Shown: one piece after another, positions 51,637 through 64,000 of the stretch
Layout of the letters: every line of letters starts with the position of its first letter
Position numbering within the stretch: the first letter of the stretch is position 1
DNA from: Enoplolaimus lenunculus
Taxonomy: Eukaryota
Assembly (NCBI GenBank): GCA_030248215.1
Contig: JASANG010003345.1
Span: forward strand, 372,001 to 436,000
Length of the DNA: 64,000 bases
Direction of reading: 5' to 3'
Notes under the pieces: model-generated
What the model was told of the DNA's origin: nothing
The model's input: the letters and a program-made list of their open reading frames with translations, nothing else
The model's database searches: none
Translations under genes and position numbers: made by a program

Positions 51637-51718
<82 letters not shown>

Positions 51719-52216
51719 GTGTACATATCAACAACAATTCATGATGCGGCAAGCAATGACGTCATCAATTGGATCAAATGTATCGCATCTTTCGCCTGTT
51801 TCACAGCCCTTAACAGTTGTTGAAACCTGTAGCAGTGGTTCATCGCATGCAACTAACGCTGTTGTGTCAATTGCTACTACCAGCAACACAACAACGCAAC
51901 ATGAGTTGTCTACAACCAGCGCAACCGCTATAACAACAACAACAACGACGACGACGACAAGAAATTCAACGCGAGTTAGTTTCGGCGGTGACATGCCTAC
52001 TGCAGCAACAGCAATAACAACAACAGCAACACAAAATATCAGTTGCCCGTTGTGTAACGCAAGTTTAAGTGATGCAACCGAATTGCAGTCACATTTCTCG
52101 CGTGAACACGCCGCATTACTGATTGCCGCTGGTGTGGTACCGCGACCATATGTTTGCGACCGCTGCGATGCCGGATTTACATCAGCGATTGCGTTGCGCC
52201 AGCATACTGAAGCAAA
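45571..52216 (+). CDS. sma-9: Schnurri/SMA-9 giant exon with seven zinc fingers (3+2+2)
   Basis: NPRPYRCDDCGTAFRIAGHLAKHLRCKQH is the Schnurri triplet finger; HADH..RDG..YRCP pair and PRPYVCDRCDAGFT pair as in SMA-9. Acceptor TTTCAG| at 45571 (alternative TTTTAG| at 45638); donor AA|GTACGT. Confidence 0.9.
51597..51719 (+). repeat. Coding (CAA/CAG)41 polyglutamine tract
   Basis: 123 nt of CAA/CAG codons in frame. Confidence 0.97.
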
Positions 52217-52533
52217 GTACGTAAGTTGTGATATTGTGTGAGATGACGATTGTAACCATAGGGGCCAATCGCGACTCAACCTCCAGTAATGTTTCGGTTC
52301 GTTTGGTAACTCTTGTGTGATATCAACAGCATGTATGCCCTTTTTAACCATGTTTCAACCCAGTCGATCTATATTCAAAAAGTATAATCAAAAAGTTACA
52401 TTCTGTGCGCCAGAGTTCAACCTTAATTCCTGTTCCTGCCGGAAATCCTGCAAAATCTCGATTTTCGTTCGTGTTCCCCGCGTTGAAAGATGCAGGAACC
52501 GAAATTTGTGCGGTTTTGTGGCAAATTATGAAT

Positions 52534-53050
52534 AAGCAGTCGTAGTGGATTGAACGAAGCTCGAACACACTTAAGCAATTAAGCTAGTATAATATGCAAA
52601 CTAGTTATTAGCTAACACTTCATTTATCGGTTTTGGAGGTTTGTAAACTATTTATTCAGATTCCTCGCACCCAAAAACTCTTCAGTAACCCTAATAATTA
52701 GTGAAATAATTTAAAAAGTCCAAATTTAGGCTTATCAATTAAACTAATATGCAAATTAGCTTTTAGATAACTATTTAATTATCGGTTTTGAAGATATGTT
52801 ACAATTTGTTCAGAGTCCTCGCACCAAAAAACCCCTATTGCTGATGTTAGATTGCTTGTAACCCTAATAATTTGTGAAATATTGTAAAAATTCATAATTT
52901 AGGCTTATCAATTATATGCTAATATTCAAATTAGCTATTAGCTAGCTGTTCAGTTATAGGTTTTGGAAGTTTTGATAAAAAAATTTATCAAAATCGGTTC
53001 AGCGGTTTATGAGATTCTTTTCGGACGGACGGACATCCATCTTTCGACCC
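52534..53050 (-). mobile_element. Helentron/DINE-like (HINE) element, 5'-truncated, inverted partner of 53205-53974
   Basis: Reverse-complement match to the right-hand copy, including the sub-TIR TTGAACGAAGC, GGAC microsatellite and internal tandem blocks. Confidence 0.7.
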
Positions 53051-53204
53051 TTTCCGAAACTAGTCTGAAAATTTTGCTAAAAACACAGCTTTTTTTACAA
53101 CTTGCGTTTCGTCTGCACAGGCCTCATGTTTTAAAATATCCATCGAGGCATGTTTTTGTAGAACATGAAAAACTAACCGCTAAACAGCCCACAAACGGCA
53201 AATT

Positions 53205-53974
53205 TTATTGAGCGAAGCGAAATTCGCGAAGCGTTGTATATTTTGTGCTCGGGGGTCGAAAGGTGGATGTCCGCCCGTCTGTCCCTCCGCACGAAAAGAA
53301 TATCAGGAACCGCTGAACCCAATTTGATAAACTTTTTTTGCTTGAAAGCCTGTCCTTCTGGAGTGTTAACCTCGCTTTGGTGTTTTAACATTTTAGCCGG
53401 TTATTAGCTACAGGCTAAGTTGCATAATTTGTTAAGCCTAAATTGGGACGTTTTAACATGTTTCACTAATTATTACAGTTACTTACAAGTAATGTAATTT
53501 CAGTACTAAAAGGTTTTTAGGTGCGAGGAATCTAAATAAAATGTTAGTAAACCTTCAGAACCGATAAATGAATAGTTAGCTATTAACTAATTTGCTGGGA
53601 ATTTTTTGGTTATTTTACTAATTATATATTAGAATTGCCAGGATCTAATTTCAGCAATAAAGGGTTTTTGGGTGCGAGGAATCTGAATAAATTGTCTACA
53701 AACATTGCAAACCGATAATTTAATAGTTAGCTAGCTTAATGCCTAATTTGCATATTTGCATAATTGATAAGCCTAAATTAAACCTTTTTGCAATATTTCA
53801 CTAATTATTATGGTTCTGAAGGTTTTGGGGTGCGAGGAATATGAATAAATTGTTTATAAACCTGGAAAACCCAATAAATGAATAGTTAGCTAATAACTAA
53901 CTTGCATATTAGCTTAATTGCATAAGTGTGTTTGTGCTTCGCTCAATACATGTAGTCCCACTGCGGCTGGTTTT
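53205..53974 (+). mobile_element. Helentron/DINE-like (HINE) element, apparently full length
   Basis: T-run start, sub-TIRs TATTGAGCGAAGC / GCTTCGCTCAATA, GTCY-like microsatellite, internal tandem repeats, short GC-rich 3' end followed by a T-run. Confidence 0.7.
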
Positions 53975-54854
53975 TAATTATAATCAATTAGCTCGTTATT
54001 CGGTGATGAAAAATATTTGCAATTTCTGTTCCAGTCGTATTCCAATGAAAAAATGAATTCCTGTTCCACTTCCGGCTTTCTGTGAAATGTAATTCATGTT
54101 GTAACCCTGCAGTGGGCTGACGGGTATTGTGGAAGTTACATAAAGGTGTTTGCCAACGTGACAGTTATTGGCTGCGCAATGTGACCAGTTTGGAAGAAGC
54201 CTTTTGTGCCGACAAACTTGTCAAGTTTAATTTCGATGCGAAAATTTTTACCGAATGAAATTATCCGGGAAATGGGATAGCTACTAAATTATATAGTAAA
54301 TAAATAAATACACACGCAAATATAATTTATACACATGTTGTAGGCCAATCTGCTATTCAGGCCAATTACCAATTGGCAGAAGCCAATCTGCTATTTGAAG
54401 CTAATAGCAGTTTGGCCTAGATTGCTAAATAGCGATTGTTATTTGCCTAGGCCAGTGTTTGTATACGATTCTTAATTGACTGGCATGAAAATACATCCAT
54501 CTTATCACGATCGGTTCTCGTTTCAGAAAGTATGAAAACCACAAGAAATTACTGCACGCGACAGTTTTTCCTTTCCCATTTGTTTGGTGTACACACTACA
54601 CAGTATATAGATTTCCCACTGTTAGCCGCCATATACTTATTACATAAGTCGTAGCTCGTGTTGATAGTTATTTTTACGTGTTCTAAACTTGGCCACGGTT
54701 GGGATCGGCCCCGGTAACGGCATCGGGGCCAAAAAATCTAAATTTATGTCATTTGTCCAAGTGTACGTAACGTAGCTTATTTTGCTTCAGTTACTCATAC
54801 ATCCGATTGCGGCGATTGTGTTTTGCACTGTGCACAACAGATTTAATGTTTCAG

Positions 54855-54915
54855 AGTCTGTGAATATCCTACTACTGGATCAACTGCTACTGGAGGAACA
54901 GCGTCAACATCTTAA
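54855..54915 (+). CDS. sma-9: Candidate terminal coding exon (K)VCEYPTTGSTATGGTASTS*
   Basis: Acceptor GTTTCAG| is phase-2 compatible with the donor at 52217 and supplies a Cys completing the last finger; T/S/G composition matches the rest of the protein. Confidence 0.5.
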
Positions 54916-55078
54916 TTCCGATTAGCAAGCGGCCGAATGGATATATCGAGGTTAATGTTGAAACTGGTGATTGTTTCTGAATTTAAAAAAAATTATTTGC
55001 TATATGAACGTCATGTGCTACTGCTTAAACATATCTGTAACATTTTTTGTGCAACATGAAGATTGGAAAAACTTTGTG

Positions 55079-55303
55079 CACCAGCGGATCCAGAAAGGGG
55101 TGGGGAGCGTATGCTCCCCCCATCGTCAAGAATTTTTTGTGATAACATGGTAAGGTCCGTTACCTTGCAATTTAATTTGTCCCTGTCAAAAAATTTTTGG
55201 TGATAAAATGATACTGGTATATACAGCATACAGTAAAAAAATGGTCTTTCATAAACATTTGCCTGCCCGGCCGCTCCGCCAGAAATGTATGTATCCGCCG
55301 CTG
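55079..55303. mobile_element. hAT-like MITE family C
   Basis: Perfect TSD ACTTTGTG; GCGGATC / ATCCGCCGCTG termini. Confidence 0.85.
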
Positions 55304-57692
55304 ACTTTGTGTGTTATATCCAATAGCTTGCATCGATGTAACACAGTATTCTGGAAGGTTTGCTGGATAATCCCACTTTTGAGAGTTTTTCCCTGAGGTT
55401 TTAGCGTCATTTTCAGTTGTGGAAGACTAGGAATGCCACCTTTTAATGTGCATACGCATAGTCTCAAATGCGTAGCGTACCTAGTGTCAGCTAGCAATTG
55501 GTCCTGTAAACAAGCGAATGTGACATTTACAGTTCTTAAAATTCTACACAGCGGTGGCAGTATACGTCAAATTCTCAGCTGATGCCAAACTGCTAAGCTC
55601 TAGCATTGATTAGGTCAAACAACAGTTGTAAAACGTATCATCAGTGTTGATAATAGGTGTTATTTGAAAATGTGGCTTTATCTGTGAGTAGTGGAAATGT
55701 ATGAAAGTAACTCGATGGCGTATCCTTAGGGTAATCCATGATTAAGAATTTAAAGGACCGATGGTCAAATGGTGATGCTGGGGTCACTCAATAAGGGTCA
55801 TTGAATAACCTTATGAGTGACAATACAACTGTGTGTGTAATTCGTGTTGTTTTTATTTGCGTTACCATGACAGTATGTTGAAACGTATAATGCATTGTAT
55901 TAAGTATACTAAACATCTATATAAAGGCTTAATTGCATGTGCAAGTTGCGTCAGTATTAGGGTGGCGCTGTACTCTTTGATGAGTTTCGGTACTGTCCGT
56001 CAGTGTGCGGTATCGTACACGAATTAGTCACGTGCTATATCGTATGGTGACGGGCGGCAGCGGACGACAAGTATATATAGCGACATCCGTAGATAAATAT
56101 TTATTCTGACGCGCGATCAAAGAAAACCGGCAGTACTTAGTAAGCGTCTATAAACCGGATAATGAACAATTTTATTTTACTTACGAACGCGTTTAAGCTA
56201 ATGTTCCTGGTTTTGTTCTGCCAAAATTTAGTTCCTGTTGTTGCAACTTGGGTAGGCTTTTAGTTGAACTTGAGCATCTAACTAAGACTAATATGTACGT
56301 TATGTATTGTTGAAAGAGTTGACAACTTCGAGTACAGATTTGAAACACGTATCAAGTGAACTTACCGTTGTTCACCGCGTAAATTTGGATAGTAGTTGTT
56401 CGCAAAAATATTTACTTTATGAAAACTGTAAACGGTCATCACATTTTGATCCGTTGACAATAGATGGCAATCCAAAAACTATGAGCGTTGAATTCAGCCG
56501 TCGACGACATCTATTATAATACGAGACGTTTCAATAATTTCTAGCGAGTCCGATTTGTTAACTGGTAGTGAGAATTTTTTGAATTTGCGCGAAGTTCCGC
56601 ATTACATATATGTTTGCATTTCAGTGACTTTTGCACTGTGTTTTTTGTGTATATTGTACAGTTGAATGTGCACCAGTTATTATTATTATTATTATTATTA
56701 TTATTTTTTGTTTCTTGATGCCACTATTAATTGACGGGTCAAAATTTTGATTGATTATTATGTATTTGAATCTGTCATGGCAAGGGTCTGTTATGCATCT
56801 TGTGCCGTCTGTTTAAACGCGCGCGAGGGGGGGGGGTAGCTAGTATTAAGGCACTTCTTGTCAAGTTTTGCTACAACTTTAGTCCGTTTGAGCTTTGTTT
56901 TACCGAACCGCTACTATTTCTGTACGAAACCAGATGCGATACTGGAATTTTGGAAGCGGTATTTGCGTTTGCATAACACTGTTTCTAATTTATAAGATTA
57001 TTAGACTGATCTGCTTGTGTTGCAGTGTAGATTTTGCCAAAAAAATTTTGATTTCAGTCCAGCGGATGTCTTGTAGTGCCTCAAAATCTTATTAGTTTCT
57101 CGTGATCTTATATAAAGAAAGATAATTACATTCTATGGTTTGTCGACTTGAGAACAAGGATCATATTTAGGCAGGATTTTAGGTTTTTTTAAAAAATTAG
57201 GTTGTTCTTTTGTGATCGGTATATGAATTAAATGTAACCAAATGAGGGCGTGAATATTTAAATATGTAATTACATGGATATGTATGATGCAGTTGGGGAC
57301 ACGTGTATGTAGTATGTTTGTATTGTTTAGTTAACGGGTTTTAAAATCGGCGGTGCCACAATTTCTATATGTGTGTGTTCCCTATGGTGTGTTATACTAC
57401 AACTGTTGTTCAAATTTGTGTAGTTGTGTACAGCTTAAAAGGACGGTAGCCTTCTTTGAATCGCACCGGTATATATTGTGCAGGGTGCGACCGGATTTCC
57501 GGCTCCGGCAAAAAATCGACATCCGGCTGGGGTGCATATTTTAACTGGCCGGATGTTTTTTTAAAAAATTCAAAACAATTGAAACCGTGACAGAAATCGG
57601 CATTTGTAAAAGTGTTTTCCTTCAATGAGTGCTTGCTTGCTCTCAAGTTCAAGACAAAGTTTCACTCTCCACACATAATTTTCGCAAATATG

Positions 57693-57901
57693 CACTGCAA
57701 AAAATGGGGAGTCAAATTGACTCCCTCCGAAATAGGCTCTACGGGACTACACAAACTGAGTCAAATTCGACTCCGTAAGAGTCAAACGTACGGCTAAACG
57801 AGTCGAATTTGACTCTGGCGGAGTCTAATTTGACTCATTTTGTGTAGTCCCGTACAGCCTGTTTCGGAGGGAGTCAATTTGGCTCACCATTTATTGCAGT
57901 G
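57693..57901. mobile_element. CACTG foldback MITE (CMC/EnSpm-like)
   Basis: Inverted arms of about 95 bp starting CACTGCAAAAAAT, with repeated GAGTCAAATT(C/T)GACTC palindromes. Confidence 0.85.
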
Positions 57902-58081
57902 TAACAGGTTTAGACAAAACGTTCGGCTTAGGAAGAATATGTAAACAGGAATTTATGTGGGACCTTTGTTTTCTATCATCTTAATATTGGCGTGATGGCG
58001 GACGAGCCGATATGGCGAAAGTATCTGTTGGACCAACACGATCTGACAACCGCTGTTTGAAGGTTTGCCCAAAATTAAGGA

Positions 58082-58145
58082 CCCCGCCGTAAATCGAACA
58101 TCGGCCCTCGTGTATTCGAGTCAAGCATGCTACCACTGCAACATG
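58082..58145 (-). mobile_element. Decayed tRNA-derived SINE head
   Basis: Minus strand TGCAGTGGTAGC...GTTCGATT with A/B-box spacing; stems broken. Confidence 0.45.
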
Positions 58146-58260
58146 TGGTGATTACAACAACTTCCTATCTCGGTATTTGTGTACATGTATGGCATTAAAA
58201 GTAACACTGTTTCCGCCAATATACAGGGAAATTTTTTGTGAGATTCTGTATGGTTCTGTA

Positions 58261-58438
58261 GCCCATGTTACTAAGGGGCGTAAAGGTTTCTGGTGGGTCT
58301 GTAAACATGTTTATATTCTAGATTACAGTTTTTTGCTTAGACTTAGGCTTAGGCTTTGAAATACGCTTTTGCCACGCTTAGGCTTAGGCTTACGAATACG
58401 CTTAATCTACTGTTGCGCCCCTAAAAGTAACATTGGCC
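58261..58438 (+). mobile_element. GG..CC MITE with TTAGGC repeats
   Basis: GCCCATGTTACT / AGTAACATTGGCC termini; perfect TSD GTTCTGTA. Confidence 0.85.
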
Positions 58439-60044
58439 GTTCTGTATTTAGCGTAGAATTAACCTAACAGCGTGATATTTGCATCCAAGACTTTGTATCG
58501 AGTAGCGACCTGGTGTGTACACGAGAACACACTGTGTGGAATGTCGTTGGTTTTAGTTCAGTTGAGTTTCTTTTTAATTCTAAACAGATACAATTTATGT
58601 GTAATATTTCGATATACAAGTAAACTTTGAATGTTTGTTGAGTGACAGGGCAATGTTAGGTGTTTGGGCCAATGTATAGAACATGACCATAGCCGTAGTA
58701 TAAGCATGCCTAAGCGTAAGCCGAAGACCAAGTGTGAGAATAAGCTTATATCTAACTCTAAGCTTAAACAAAAGTCTAATATTTTTAATTGTGCTAAATA
58801 AAAATAACTCGATGAACAAGGCGGTTTTACCGAAATAGAAGCTATTTTTACAAATATACTGGTGAACGATAGCAATGAAAAAGTATTCATTGAAGCCAGC
58901 GCCGTATCAGTTTCCTTTTTCATAAAACTTAGTGCCGTATTAAATGCAAGCACGGGAAATTTTACTGTAAATACCAAAGGTTTTGTCTGATTGAATGTTT
59001 TACTGTATGCCATGTAACTCATAGATAATTGTTCAAGTTAGTGATTTCAATAGCATTTTTAATATGTTTAACTCTAGCGTTGAGTAAGCAGTGGCTTGTT
59101 GAGATTTCTTGTATGCAAATCCGCGCTGATTTTCAATTGTCAATATTGACATTCTGAAATATTTCAAACTAATATATATGCGTTGCTAATATTCATCGTT
59201 TGGGTCTTTTACGAGTATCTGCAGCAGGTGCTTACCCAAAAATGGATTGATTTTGAAACGTGAATATTTGAACTTCTTGTGACTCCCTGATCGTCGTACT
59301 CAAATTTAATTTTTAAAAAAATTCAGTTGTTTGGTACCTAGATTACACCACATGCTATGGCCCATTGGAAACAAACTTTTTTTCGCTGTTTGCGAAATAC
59401 CGGTATATTAATTCGTTCAATTTTCATGCTTTTACTTTTCAACAACTTAAAAAAATCAATGTTTCAATACATCAGTTCTGCAATTGTTCGATTGAAATAA
59501 AAACTGCTAAAAATTCATCCAAAATTTTGGGTGCACTGGCTATTTCTGTCTAGAAAACCTAGTGGACTGGTGAGAATTAAGCTTAATAAAGTAGCTGCTA
59601 TAAAAGTAAAAAATAAACATTGAACGTTTACACTTGCTATTTTAGGGTTCGCCTTTCGCATTTGTTACAAATGAACTCTAATGTTTCCATACCTATCGTA
59701 TTTCTTACTTTGGTTGAAATTGTGCTGGTGTTAATATATTTTTGTGTTTGATCGGTACTATGTCGTCACAAGTAGATTTATTTGAAATACCAATGCGATG
59801 AAAACACGTATATTTGTATACGGAAAGCAGGGCCGACGCAAATGTATATAATACCAGTTTCCGAGCATAGTCAAAGGCGTTTAACTTTAACCCCTTCTCA
59901 CATTTAGTTGCCTGTAGGCAACTCAGCGCAGTGTATATACGTTCTTAAATAGTATATATCGCACCGTGTTTATCAATTGCAACACGTATACATAGTACTA
60001 AATCACCACAAGACGTGAGAGCCCCCTCGGGCTTGAGCGTCAAG

Positions 60045-60110
60045 CTCCTATAACTGAGTGGTGATGGTATACGCCTCCCACTACAGTCACTGGAGTTCGA
60101 ATCCTAGCAT
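60045..60110 (+). mobile_element. tRNA-like SINE head; related minus-strand copy at ~62750-62808
   Basis: GGTGATGGTATACGCCTCCC...GAGTTCGAATCC; the reverse complement GGGAGGCGTTTACCATCACC occurs at 62783. Confidence 0.5.
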
Positions 60111-61931
60111 AAAAGTAGGTCTCAGGGGAAATAAAAAATATTCATGTAAGAAACTGTTAAGCGAAAAATTTTCAATTTACTATCTATAAGACTCAGAAAT
60201 TCATGCATTCACTTTATCTTACACTTCACGGTTAGTTCGCTACGAATTCTACAGGAATCTTTTGTCACAACTTTTTCATAGTAGGTAGTAGCAGAAATAG
60301 GAGAAACGCAACTCAGATAACCGCATCGCAGTTGTTGCTTACAGATGGAATTGTACCACTGGAGTTATTCCTCCGATTTTGGTTCGGTGTGAAATTTTGC
60401 ATAGTCTTAGAAAATCGGGGGTCAAATAATTTTACTACTGCCGGAGGCGAAGCCAGAGGTTAGGTGAAATAATAGCCTAAGCCAAAAAATGTAATACAGA
60501 ATCTAAACATATTCTTTTATAGACCCACGAGAAACCTGGACCCTCTTAAAGTCATGGGCCGTAAAAATGATGTTTAATTTGCTAATTTTATCATGTATTT
60601 GTAAGGTATTGTTAAATCTTTTTGTGTAACCCTTATTTTTCTCAAAATCTCGGCGATTTTTTCCTCAAAATTGTACTCACCAAACAAATAAAATATGTAA
60701 AGCTATGCAAAATTTAACTAGCGTAATTGCTGAAACCTCCGGCGCAGAAGTTCTACCGGACCCGTAGGTCATATTTCAGCCGAAACCGGGGGCGGACCTC
60801 CTGTTGTACCCTGATTTCCATGTAAAATAAAGTACAAACTAAACAACTCTGTCATACATGTGAGATTCAGCCAGTCACAATTATATTACAATGCCGTGTG
60901 TTCGAAAGGACACATAAGAAATCAAGAATGACGGTTAATTGTAGAATTATTCTTTGTATGAAACAAATTTTGGTCCGTCCCTATGTTGAGTCCCAATGAA
61001 TATGAGTCCGTATCCCTATTCCCTAACTCCGTAAGCGAATAGAGTCCCTAAACCTTTAGAGTCCATAAATGTCTGTTATCCCTAATTGTAGCGCATAAAT
61101 GACTCCAGGACCATTTAACTTTGCATTATCGCTCAAGCTATTAACACATGACAAATAAACATTTAATGCAACGGATAGTTGTAATACTGGATAAACGAAG
61201 GGCGGCGGAGGGCGGGTTAAAAATATAACAGTCCGTAACCGAATAACAGGTGGGTACCCTAGTCCCCCTCTTATTCGGGGCACTACATTACACCTTTTCA
61301 CTTAGGCTTACGCTTAGGCTTATGTTTAGGAATACGCTTTTCCAACACAGGCTTTAGGCTTATAGACTTAGGAATACGCTTAATCTACTGTTACCGCCCT
61401 AACGTAACATTGGCCAAAATTTTTCTGAACAATTCTTGTCAAAAAGAACAAAATCAAGCAATAAAATCAGCGTCCTGAGATAGCTTTATAACCTTTTAAT
61501 AATTCGCAGTATTGAAAAAATTATTAATGTTTTCTATTTTCACAGATTTAAGAGATACTTGTTTACTCACTGAAAACAAAAATGTGTCCAAATCTGTTTC
61601 TCACGCGACTGCCGGCTGGTTTTATAGGTAGTGAAGTGTGACTTCAAGCTGTGCTGCGTATTTGCTTTTTTGTGCGTTTGCAAATATTGACGTGGTCGAT
61701 CGTCAGAGTATAAGCACATCAAATTTTCTGTATTAAAAATGTTTTTAGTTTTACGTTCTTTTACTTTTAGCTTGTTCGCATTATACTGTAAATCTTCTGA
61801 AATTTTAACGTTGAACAATCTATTAAATTGTTTGGTCACATTTCTAAAAACACAGATTGAACTGTGAACACAAGTTTTACGAATACGGTAAACACGCCGT
61901 TTGTGAAGGTTTCGCATGGGTTCGACCGGAT

Positions 61932-62080
61932 GGCCCATGTCAAGATCAGGGGCAGAACGCTTTTTTTGTGGGATTAGAAAAGAGTAAGCTTTAGCTTTAG
62001 ACTAATTTTTTTTGCTTGACTTAGGCTTAGGCTTATGCTTAGGAATATGCTCTGTTCCGCCCCTGTTCTTTACATTGGCC
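61932..62080 (+). mobile_element. GG..CC MITE with TTAGGC repeats
   Basis: GGCCCATGTCAAGATCAGGGGC / GCCCCTGTTCTTTACATTGGCC termini; TSD GACCGGAT/GAACGGAT; a truncated relative lies at 61300-61415. Confidence 0.85.
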
Positions 62081-63190
62081 GAACGGATTAATAGGTAAAG
62101 CTTTGCAGTGTAGTTGGTCGGAAAAATTTAGAATCAACTAGAGGGGTATTGCTGCATCGTCTGGTATATGCTTGCTGCGACCATGGAAGTTTAGGGGTCT
62201 GAGAACTTCGGGATTGAGCGAAGGCAGGTGTCATTCAAATGGATCTCTTTTCTCTGCACAACATTTTATAGTTGTCATGATGAATCAGCTGTTTTTGTGA
62301 TGCGGTTTCACTGGCAATTGTAAACACTGATTCTAATTCGTTGAAAGCACGGCGCTAGAATTGGTGGAACAAGGATAGTGTAAGCAAGACTGAAAATTTT
62401 TGTTTACAAATGGATTTGCTGCGCCATGCGGCAGTAGAAGTGCGCTGTAGTACAATGCCGAAGGTCGCCCGACGTTGACGTACAGTGTCGAACGATGACG
62501 AAGGTAACGGACAAGGTGACGGCTGGCGCCTGATGTCATCAGAACTATACCGTTACACTAAAGGTGGGGCAGTAGTGTTTACAACTCAGGCGACAAAATT
62601 TATTTCAATATAAAATAAAGCAGAAACCTGTTTAATATATACTTGGCCATGATTGGAGCGATTTAGTAGGCTCCTGTGCACATTCATCAAACCGTTTTTT
62701 AAGTTTTAAATTTTAATTTAACTTGTTTACTTAAGATAGGCTTATAACTGTCCAGCTCTGATTTCAACGTCAGTCTCTAGGCGGGAGGCGTTTACCATCA
62801 CCAGCTGTAACATGTATTAGTTGATTAACACAATACGTTGTTTATTTTATTGCATTTGTTCAGTGTACAGTTTTAGTTGCTCATAGTACACTCCATGCAG
62901 AAAACGGTTAATAAACTTTGATTTCTTCTGCAGGACCTTAATACTTTTTGTTAAATTTTATTAATTAAAGAAACAAAAAAATATGTTTTAAAATAAAAAC
63001 GGTATTTTCATTTTATTTGCGCCGATTCGATAATGTTCATGCCGAATTTGCGTAACGAAACTATTGATCAGTGCATGAAACGCGTATTGCTTTTGCAAAT
63101 TTTGTGGTCTGCAATTTTCACCACAGGTATGTACAGGCCGTGTAGCTCTATAAAAGGCGTTCGCAATGTATATTATATACAGGAATATGT

Positions 63191-63390
63191 CACTGCAAAA
63201 AACGGCGAGTCAAATTGACTCTCTCCGAAATAGGCTTTTTCTAACTACACAAACTGAGTCAAAATTCGACTCCGCCTGAGTCACATTCGACTCAATTTGA
63301 CGCTGGCGGAGTCGAATTTTGACTCAGTTTGTGTAGTCAGGAAAAGCGTATTTCAGAGAGTGTCGATTTGACTCACCATTTTTTGCAGCG
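63191..63390. mobile_element. CACTG foldback MITE, copy 2
   Basis: Same arms as 57693-57901. Confidence 0.85.
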
Positions 63391-64000
63391 TATCTATAGG
63401 AAATTTTTGAAAACGGTTGTATTTATGTTTAGTTTTAAAGGTAAGATACTGGTTCGTTGGCTACGCTCGATCGCCAAATTCTGTTCTTGGTTGCAATCGT
63501 GTTCCAGGGGCGTGACCGGGATTTTATTTCGGGAAAGGGATAACAGCGTTTGAAAGTGTTTTGCCAGTGGGGATAGCAAGAAATTTTTTTGTCCTCTGCA
63601 GATTATTCTAAATCCTACGAAATTGCCTTTTTATAGATTTTTTCTGGAAATTTCGGGGGGGGGGGTGGGGGTGCGTCCCTGAATTCGACATCTATCTAAT
63701 ATCATTAACCTGGGACGCTGTGATCGGTTTGCTAATTAGTTAGTCAACTCGTTTTGCAATATTGCAACCGATGACAACATATTTCCCGCAAAATGAAAAG
63801 TCAGACATTGGTTTTCTATTCAGTTCTAATATATGTAAATTTTTTGTCTTGTGTGGGTCTGCTGAAAGAGATCGATCCCGGGATAACCTCGGTTCTGTAG
63901 AATACACGTTGCAACGCAGCTAAAAATCATACAGGGCTTTTTTATATACATAAACAAAATCTATGCAACATTCAGTCTGGAATTTTGCTAGCAAAAAACT

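Noticed and set aside
36374..52351. Antisense and alternate-frame ORFs (polyV, polyC, polyL) overlapping the large exons
   Set aside because: These are shadows of CAA/ACA/GCA-rich coding sequence on the opposite strand.
58330..58400. TTAGGC runs as a real telomere or DNA-elimination breakpoint
   Set aside because: The runs are short, degenerate and internal to TIR/TSD-bounded elements.

Overview
Repeat-rich animal genomic DNA, most likely a nematode. This is inferred from the SMA-9-type zinc-finger layout, TTTCAG splice acceptors and TTAGGC-like repeats. Two host loci can be read from the sequence. (1) A + strand Schnurri/sma-9 BMP co-factor gene of about 4,500 aa, built from two ~6.6 kb low-complexity exons plus small exons (36323-~54915). 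(2) A - strand RBM48 locus (minor-spliceosome protein; ~6500-14982) that looks pseudogenised. Its first exon is split by a ~255 bp TG...CA element with a 5-bp TSD. That element looks like a solo LTR carrying an internal tRNA-like Pol III cassette, and a second copy lies at 30903-31160. The rest of the window is a dense mosaic of non-autonomous DNA transposons: many hAT-like MITEs with 8-bp TSDs (one hosting a 2.1 kb 18-bp minisatellite), GG..CC 8-bp-TSD MITEs filled with telomere-like repeats, CACTG foldbacks, Harbinger-like MITEs and an inverted pair of Helentron/DINE-like elements. There is also one 5'-truncated non-LTR retrotransposon. All homology calls come from recognised motifs, not database searches.
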